A stretch of 64,000 nucleotides of DNA, from positions 1,368,195 to 1,432,194 of the forward strand of contig CP070837.1 in assembly GCA_020341815.1 (NCBI GenBank). The letters are read 5' to 3'. Positions 58,211 to 64,000 of the stretch are shown here, piece after piece. How positions within the stretch are numbered: the stretch's first letter is position 1; the number at the start of each line of letters is the position of its first letter. The notes under the pieces were generated by a model. It had not been told where the DNA came from. It was given only the letters and a program-made list of their open reading frames with translations, and ran no database searches. Position numbers and translations under genes: made by a program. The stretch comes from Candidatus Omnitrophota bacterium. GTDB lineage: Bacteria; Omnitrophota; Gorgyraeia; JAFGHF01.

Positions 58211-59692
58211 ATGAAACTGCTCTTCGTAGCGCTGGATTCAAGGGTAAAGAGATACGGGATAATGTCCTTAAGCGCCTTTTTGAAAAAGGACAAAAGGCAC
58301 CAGGTATTTCTTGAAGAATATACGGATTTTAACACCTTAAAATCCCGTTTTGATGAAATTTCTCCCGATTTTGTGGCCTATAGCTGTATGTCCGGAGAGT
58401 ATAATAAGGCTAGAGAGATAAATCGGCAGTTGAAATCTAAGGTTAAGCCCTTTGTGTCGCTGTGGGGCGGGCCGCATCCTACCTATAGCCAGGAGATAAT
58501 TAACGATGAGGGGGTGGATGCGGTCTGTGTAGGCGAGGGAGAAGGGGCTCTCTTGGAGCTTTGTGACAGATGGCAAGGGGGTCGCAGGCAATACGATATT
58601 AAAAACTGGCTTTTTAAAGTTGACGGGCGCATAATCAAAAATCCCTTAAGGCCCCTTATCGACATAAACACTCTGCCGGTTCCGGATTTTAATATCTTTA
58701 AATCGGGAAAGAAGGAATATGTAGATGTATATGTTACCCGCGGCTGTTACTTCAACTGCACTTATTGTTTTAATCACAGATGGAAAGAGCTTTATAATAA
58801 TTTTGCAAATCCGATAAGGACTTTATCTATAGAGCGCGCCATGGAAGTCCTCAAATACGTAAAGACCGAATTCGCAGATAAGATAAAATACATCTGCTTT
58901 CATGATGATACCCTTCCTATCAAAGATAAAAACTGGATAACGGCTTTCAGTCAGGCCTATAGAGAGCATATCGGGATCCCTTTTTACATCAATATGTATC
59001 CGACCATGGCCGATGAAGAGAACCTGGGCCTGCTTAAGCAGGCGGGATTGTTCAAGGTGAATTTCGCAATGGAATCGGGAAATGAATATATCAGGCAGGA
59101 GGTCCTGGGTAGAAAGATGTCCAACGAGAAAATTTTGAAAGCCGCCGAAATACTTCATAGACACAGGCTTCTCGTTTCCATACAGAATATAACCTGTCTT
59201 CCCAGGGAGGATTTCCGGAAGACCAGGGAGACATTCGAGTTGAATATCAAGTGCAGGCCGCATATCGCAGCCATCTCCAAATTTGTCCCTTTCCCGGGCA
59301 TTAAGCTGACAGAATTGGCTATAAAAGACAATCACCTTAAAAGAGGAGAGTTTGAAGACAAAATTCCGGATGATTACCACTGGAGGAGCCTGTTAAATTT
59401 TAAGGATAAAAAGGATAAATGCAGGATGGAATATATGGTAAATCTTTTTACTTTAGGCGTAGCCTTTCCATTCCTGAAGCCGTTAATATATTTAATGGTG
59501 AAGGCGCCCGACTGGCCGATTATAAAAAGATTCTACGCACATATAGATAATCAGGCCTGGTCTGTGATTACGCATCAGGATTTCGATCAGACAATGAGAA
59601 CCCTGCATAGGAAGAACGAAAGCATAAGGTTGTTTTTCAAGATTATATCTAGAGTGATATTCGCCAGAGAAAAGACCGAAGCCGGCGGATGA
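58211..59692 (+). CDS. B12-binding radical SAM protein
   Basis: GGPHPT, GEGE and RGCYFNCTYC. Confidence 0.9.
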   Translation: MKLLFVALDSRVKRYGIMSLSAFLKKDKRHQVFLEEYTDFNTLKSRFDEISPDFVAYSCMSGEYNKAREINRQLKSKVKPFVSLWGGPHPTYSQEIINDEGVDAVCVGEGEGALLELCDRWQGGRRQYDIKNWLFKVDGRIIKNPLRPLIDINTLPVPDFNIFKSGKKEYVDVYVTRGCYFNCTYCFNHRWKELYNNFANPIRTLSIERAMEVLKYVKTEFADKIKYICFHDDTLPIKDKNWITAFSQAYREHIGIPFYINMYPTMADEENLGLLKQAGLFKVNFAMESGNEYIRQEVLGRKMSNEKILKAAEILHRHRLLVSIQNITCLPREDFRKTRETFELNIKCRPHIAAISKFVPFPGIKLTELAIKDNHLKRGEFEDKIPDDYHWRSLLNFKDKKDKCRMEYMVNLFTLGVAFPFLKPLIYLMVKAPDWPIIKRFYAHIDNQAWSVITHQDFDQTMRTLHRKNESIRLFFKIISRVIFAREKTEAGG

Positions 59693-59770
59693 TTTTTATA
59701 GGAAATTACCTGCCTAAATTCACCCAATCTTTACCCGCCAAAATAGTATCTCTCCTGCTGTAATTTTCCC

Positions 59771-59822
59771 TTGACACGAAGGCAAAAAAGGCATAAAATA
59801 TACATCGTTCATTTTTAGAACG
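59771..59822 (+). promoter_or_regulatory. sat operon promoter with a downstream palindrome
   Basis: TTGACA-17-TAAAAT, then CGTTC-N7-GAACG at 59806-59822. Confidence 0.7.
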
Positions 59823-59865
59823 CTGGAATTAAAATGTTCGATTTTATAAAGAGGATGGTTCAAAA

Positions 59866-61014
59866 ATGCATAAGCCGCACGGCGGAAAATTGATTAACAG
59901 GGTTTTGAATGAGGACGAGCGAAATAAAGTCAGCAAAAAGCTTGAGAGGTTATATCATCTAAAATTAACTGAAGAAGCAACTCAGGATGTATTTAACATA
60001 ACTACAGGCGTCTATAGCCCTCTGGAGGGCTTTATTGGCCGGGAAGATTATATAAATATTTTAGATAATAGACGCCTGGCTTCGGGCCTGCCCTGGACTA
60101 TTCCTATAAGCTTGGATGTGAGCTTGGAAGAGGCGAAAGAATTAGTAAGACATAACGAGGTTTGCCTGTTAACTCCGGAGGCAAAACCGATAGCCCTTTT
60201 GCATATCAAGGATATCTACGAGTTCGATAAGCAGGAGTTGGCTTTGAAGGTATTCGGGACAACCGACGCCGCTCATCCGGGCGTAAGAAGGGTAGGGGCG
60301 ATGAAAGACCGCTTGGTCGAAGGCCTCATAGATTTGATTGACGAGCCCGAGCATCCGTTCGGACAGTATACTTTGAAGCCCCTTGAGACACGGGTGCTTT
60401 TCGAAGAAAAGGGCTGGGTGGATGTGGTCGGATTTCAAACCAGAAATGTCCCTCACCTCGGACACGAATATGTCCAGAAGACCGCCCTGGCCTTTAGCGA
60501 CGGACTTTTTATCAATCCCGTGATTGGCAGAAAGAAAAAGGGAGACTTTAAGGATGAACTCATTCTCAATACTTACGAGACTTTAATAAATAATTATTAC
60601 CTTAAAGAAAAGACGGTTATGTCTGTTTTAAATATGCAGATGAGATATGCGGGCCCCCGGGAGGCAATTTTTCACGCCATTATACGCAAGAATTTCGGCT
60701 GTACCCATTTTATTGTCGGACGGGATCATGCCGGGGTAAGTAATTTCTACCATCCTTTTGCCGCCCATCAAATTTTCGAAGAATTTCCGGATCTGGAAAT
60801 CGTGCCTCTGTTTTTCAAAAGCTTCTTTTATTGTCAGCGTTGCGGCAGTGTGGCCAATGAAAAGACCTGTCCCCACCAGGAAATCGGCCAGATCAATTTT
60901 AGCGGCACAGAGATTAGAAAGTTGTTGCAGGAAGGAAAGCTGCCTTCTCCCGAATTGATGCGTAAGGAAGTAGCCGAGACTATAATTGCCCATAAAGAAC
61001 CTTTTGTCGAATAA
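59866..61014 (+). CDS. sat: Sulfate adenylyltransferase
   Basis: PHGGKLINR, FQTRNVPHLGHE and RYAGPREA...GRDHAG. Confidence 0.96.
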   Translation: MHKPHGGKLINRVLNEDERNKVSKKLERLYHLKLTEEATQDVFNITTGVYSPLEGFIGREDYINILDNRRLASGLPWTIPISLDVSLEEAKELVRHNEVCLLTPEAKPIALLHIKDIYEFDKQELALKVFGTTDAAHPGVRRVGAMKDRLVEGLIDLIDEPEHPFGQYTLKPLETRVLFEEKGWVDVVGFQTRNVPHLGHEYVQKTALAFSDGLFINPVIGRKKKGDFKDELILNTYETLINNYYLKEKTVMSVLNMQMRYAGPREAIFHAIIRKNFGCTHFIVGRDHAGVSNFYHPFAAHQIFEEFPDLEIVPLFFKSFFYCQRCGSVANEKTCPHQEIGQINFSGTEIRKLLQEGKLPSPELMRKEVAETIIAHKEPFVE

Positions 61015-61023
61015 AATACATTT

Positions 61024-62571
61024 ATGAAGCATATAATATTGATAAATCCATCGGCAAACCCAAGCCGAAGTACCCCTGATATATGGACAGATTATGAGAG
61101 AAAGGTAAATATAGGCACCGCACCTGCGGTGCCTTTGGGCATCATTTGCCTGGGCACCTACCTTAAGGCAAAGGGCTATGAAGTCCGTCTTATCGATAGC
61201 CGGCTGTATTCTCAGGATGAGTTTTACAAGATTCTCCACAGACAGGTGCAGGGAGCCTTCCTTGTAGGGATTTCTGTTATGACCTCTTACATAGAGGAGA
61301 CACTCGATATCTTGAAGTTCGTCAAGCAGCATGATGCCGCTATCAAGACAGTGCTTGGCGGAATTCATCCGAGCCTTTTTCCCGAACAAACTGCCCGGCA
61401 CCCTCTCGTAGATTTTGTGGTCTTCGGGGAAGGGGAGCTTCCCTTGGAAGCAGTTGCAAAAAAACTCCTGAAGCAAGAAGATTCTTTCGAAGAGATCAAT
61501 AATCTCTGTTTCGAAAAAAAAGGAGCGACCTTTTTTAGAAAGGTGCTGGAATTTGTCGATCTGAACGAAATTCCCGTTTGCGATTATGACCTGGTGGATA
61601 TCGAAAGATATATCACCAGAAAGTTTCAGGATAAGCGATGGGGCCGGATGTTGGAATATCAGTCCAGCCGAGGCTGTCCATCGCGCTGCTCTTTCTGCGT
61701 CAATACCATTATTAATAAAAGGCGATGGAGACAAAAAGATCCCGCCAGGATTATCCGGGAAGTCGAGACTTTGAAAGATCGGTTTCGGCTGGATCACATA
61801 TTTTTTATTGACGAAAACTTTTTTCCCAATAAGAAAAATGTTGTGACGATAGTTCAGGGATTGGAGAATATTTCCCTCACATGGGAGGCCAATGCTCGAG
61901 CGAATTATTTTAACGACGGATACATTAACGATGATTTTATGAAGCTTTTGGCCTCCAGCGGCTTTGCCGTAAATCGCATGGGCATCGAAAGCGGTTCCGC
62001 ACAGATTTTGAACATGTTGGAAAAGGATATTACCAAAGACGATATCCTAAATGCCGTGAGGATCTCCTGCCAAAATAAGGTATTTGCGATGACCTCATTT
62101 ATGATTGGGCTTCCCGGCGAAACGAAGAAGGACGTGATAGAGACCTTAGATGTTATTTGCCAGATAGAGGCCATCGGCGGAGACTATCTCATCATAAGCG
62201 GCCCCCATGTATTCCGTCCCTATCCGGGGGGAGAGCTCTATGAGCTTTGCAAGAAAGAAGGCCTTCGCGAGCCTCAATCCTTTGACGAATGGGGAGAGTT
62301 TAGCCCGATCAAGACCGGCTATATCGACGATTTCAACTGGGTTAGGGATAGGAGCTTCGTGAAGGAAGTGGTGCTTCTTCGTTCTATTGCCCAGGATGGA
62401 AAGGCTGAACGCAAAAATTGGTCCATATTCAGGAGAGCGGCAAGAGGATTCTTCTATCCCTTAGTCAGGTTCAGGATAAATCGCAGTTTCTATAGCTTCT
62501 TAATCGATATTAAATTGGCTCATCTTTTGAAGAGCCTCTTATCAAAAATGAAATCTGTTGAACACAATTAG
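61024..62571 (+). CDS. B12-binding radical SAM protein
   Basis: PLG, GGIHPS, GEGE and SRGCPSRCSFC. Confidence 0.92.
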   Translation: MKHIILINPSANPSRSTPDIWTDYERKVNIGTAPAVPLGIICLGTYLKAKGYEVRLIDSRLYSQDEFYKILHRQVQGAFLVGISVMTSYIEETLDILKFVKQHDAAIKTVLGGIHPSLFPEQTARHPLVDFVVFGEGELPLEAVAKKLLKQEDSFEEINNLCFEKKGATFFRKVLEFVDLNEIPVCDYDLVDIERYITRKFQDKRWGRMLEYQSSRGCPSRCSFCVNTIINKRRWRQKDPARIIREVETLKDRFRLDHIFFIDENFFPNKKNVVTIVQGLENISLTWEANARANYFNDGYINDDFMKLLASSGFAVNRMGIESGSAQILNMLEKDITKDDILNAVRISCQNKVFAMTSFMIGLPGETKKDVIETLDVICQIEAIGGDYLIISGPHVFRPYPGGELYELCKKEGLREPQSFDEWGEFSPIKTGYIDDFNWVRDRSFVKEVVLLRSIAQDGKAERKNWSIFRRAARGFFYPLVRFRINRSFYSFLIDIKLAHLLKSLLSKMKSVEHN

Positions 62572-62580
62572 GAGAATGAG

Positions 62581-63252
62581 GTGATTATGGAACAGCGTGG
62601 GTTGACTATATGGTTCACGGGGCTTCCAGGTTCGGGCAAATCCACTATAGCTAACCTGGTGGCAGAGAGATTGAAAGCCGGAAATTATAAAGTGGAGCGC
62701 TTGGATGGCGATATTGTCAGGAAAAGCTTGACCCGGGACTTAGGCTTCTCTAAAGAGGACAGAGACAAGAATATCCAGCGAGTTACCTTTGTGGCAAAAT
62801 TATTGACTCGCAACGGAGTGTTTGTTTTGTCCTCTTTTGTCTCTCCATATCGAGCAGCGCGAGAAAACGCGCGTCGTGAAATCGGTTCATTTTTCGAGGT
62901 CTATGTCAAGTGTTCCTTGCAAGAGTGTATGAGGCGGGATGTCAAGGGTATGTATAAAAAAGCTATGGCCGGAGAGATTAAGGATTTTACCGGTGTTTCC
63001 GACCCTTACGAAGAACCGCAAGAGCCGGAACTGGTTCTTGAGACCGATAAAGAGACCCCCGGCGAAAACGCAGAAAAGGTTTTGAGCAGCCTGGAAGGGT
63101 TAGGATATCTAAAGAGATATCTAAATAAGGAAAGTAAGCCCGAAGAAGGGGATTCGATTTACATCCAAGAGGAAAAGAGGCAAGTTGTCGAGAAATTAAA
63201 ATCACTGGGCTATCTTTTAGATAGAGCCGAAGCCACGATAAAGGAGCTGTAA
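62581..63252 (+). CDS. cysC: Adenylyl-sulfate kinase
   Basis: WFTGLPGSGKST, LDGD.VR and FTGVSDPYE. Confidence 0.95.
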   Translation: MIMEQRGLTIWFTGLPGSGKSTIANLVAERLKAGNYKVERLDGDIVRKSLTRDLGFSKEDRDKNIQRVTFVAKLLTRNGVFVLSSFVSPYRAARENARREIGSFFEVYVKCSLQECMRRDVKGMYKKAMAGEIKDFTGVSDPYEEPQEPELVLETDKETPGENAEKVLSSLEGLGYLKRYLNKESKPEEGDSIYIQEEKRQVVEKLKSLGYLLDRAEATIKEL

Positions 63253-63261
63253 AGCAATCTT

Positions 63262-63882
63262 ATGCCAGAGTCAGAAAATAGATTCTTAAAGCCCACCGAA
63301 CATCTGCGGAGCCTTCAGTTATTGGAGGAGATATCCAAAGATTCCTTTGCCTCCCAGCGTAAACTTTCTCAGCGCTTAGGGATTGCTCTTGGCGTAACCA
63401 ATGCCTGTTTGAAAAGGATGATCAACAAAGGTCTGGTTAAGGCCAAGGGCATCAACCATAAAAGAATTGCCTATTGTCTTACCCCTAAGGGCTTTGGCGA
63501 AAAGACGAAGCTTACCTATCATTTTCTCCAGCATGCCATTCAGTACTATTCTAATCTGAAAGACAGTATAAGCCTTAAGCTTTCTTCGCTTGCTAAGGCC
63601 GGGCAGAAGCGGATAATATGCTACGGCGCAGGCGAAGTAATGGAGGTAGCTTTTATTATTTTAAACGAAACTGATTTTAAATTTTCAGTTTTAGGTATAG
63701 TAGATGATAATATAGATAAGCATGGCAAAAAGATATTCGGGTTTTGCGTGCAGCATCCCAGGATTATAAAAGAGTTAAAACCGGATGCAGTCTTGATTAC
63801 CTCTATAAAGTATAAAGACAAAATTATGCGCAGGCTTGACAATGACGAAGCATTAACAGGAGTTAACTTCTATTCGCTATGA
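63262..63882 (+). CDS. MarR-like EPS-associated transcriptional regulator with a C-terminal Rossmann-like domain
   Basis: SQRKLS..LGIALG.TN..LKR...YCLTPKG..EK; C-terminal YGAGE. Confidence 0.85.
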   Translation: MPESENRFLKPTEHLRSLQLLEEISKDSFASQRKLSQRLGIALGVTNACLKRMINKGLVKAKGINHKRIAYCLTPKGFGEKTKLTYHFLQHAIQYYSNLKDSISLKLSSLAKAGQKRIICYGAGEVMEVAFIILNETDFKFSVLGIVDDNIDKHGKKIFGFCVQHPRIIKELKPDAVLITSIKYKDKIMRRLDNDEALTGVNFYSL

Positions 63883-63883
63883 A

Positions 63884-63995
63884 CCCCGCCCTTCCAAACA
63901 TCATGCCTTACATAGGAGATATGGGCGAGGGTAATAAGAGAGATTTAGTAAGAATGAAATTTAAAAATGCTATTGGGAAGAAAGGAAGAACGGGG
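63884..63995. mobile_element. 112-bp MITE-like element, target duplication TGAA
   Basis: Ends CCCCGCCCTTCC / GGAAGAACGGGG; TGAA at 63880-83 and 63996-99. Confidence 0.85.
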
Positions 63996-64000
63996 TGAAA

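Noticed and set aside
60628-61797. 389-aa minus-strand ORF and similar antisense ORFs across the core region
   Set aside because: They fully overlap well-supported + strand genes and have no recognisable motifs.

Overview
A 64 kb bacterial chromosomal window, almost entirely + strand. Gene content and order suggest a Gram-negative PVC-group organism such as Ca. Omnitrophota (inference only). Positions 1-27 kb are an accessory region. It holds an HTH-radC-type I restriction-modification operon, then a low-GC island bounded by 63-bp direct repeats that carries a broken tRNA-like gene (Arg-type body, Ser GCT anticodon), a coupled three-gene candidate toxin/defence module and a Ser1 proteasome-type NTN hydrolase. 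A string of unrelated single genes follows, separated by GGGGACA-type palindromic elements, and then two paralogous secreted 11-residue-repeat coiled-coil proteins. Positions 25-64 kb are mostly housekeeping and envelope genes: HisF-HisH fusion with an N-acetyl-sugar amidotransferase, miaB/miaA/hflX, CIRCE-hrcA-grpE-dnaK-(insert)-dnaJ, accD, two diguanylate cyclases, lptD, and a long nucleotide-sugar cluster with B12 radical SAM enzymes, sat and cysC. The most striking unexplained structure is a family of about 110-bp CCCCGCCC...GGGCGGGG miniature elements with 4-bp target duplications. Three copies sit in ATGA stop/start junctions and supply a new RBS and GTG start. A fourth splits rfbB inside its GGAGF motif while carrying a replacement N-terminus. 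No transposase, integrase, CRISPR array or rRNA was seen. All calls come from reading the sequence; no database searches were run.
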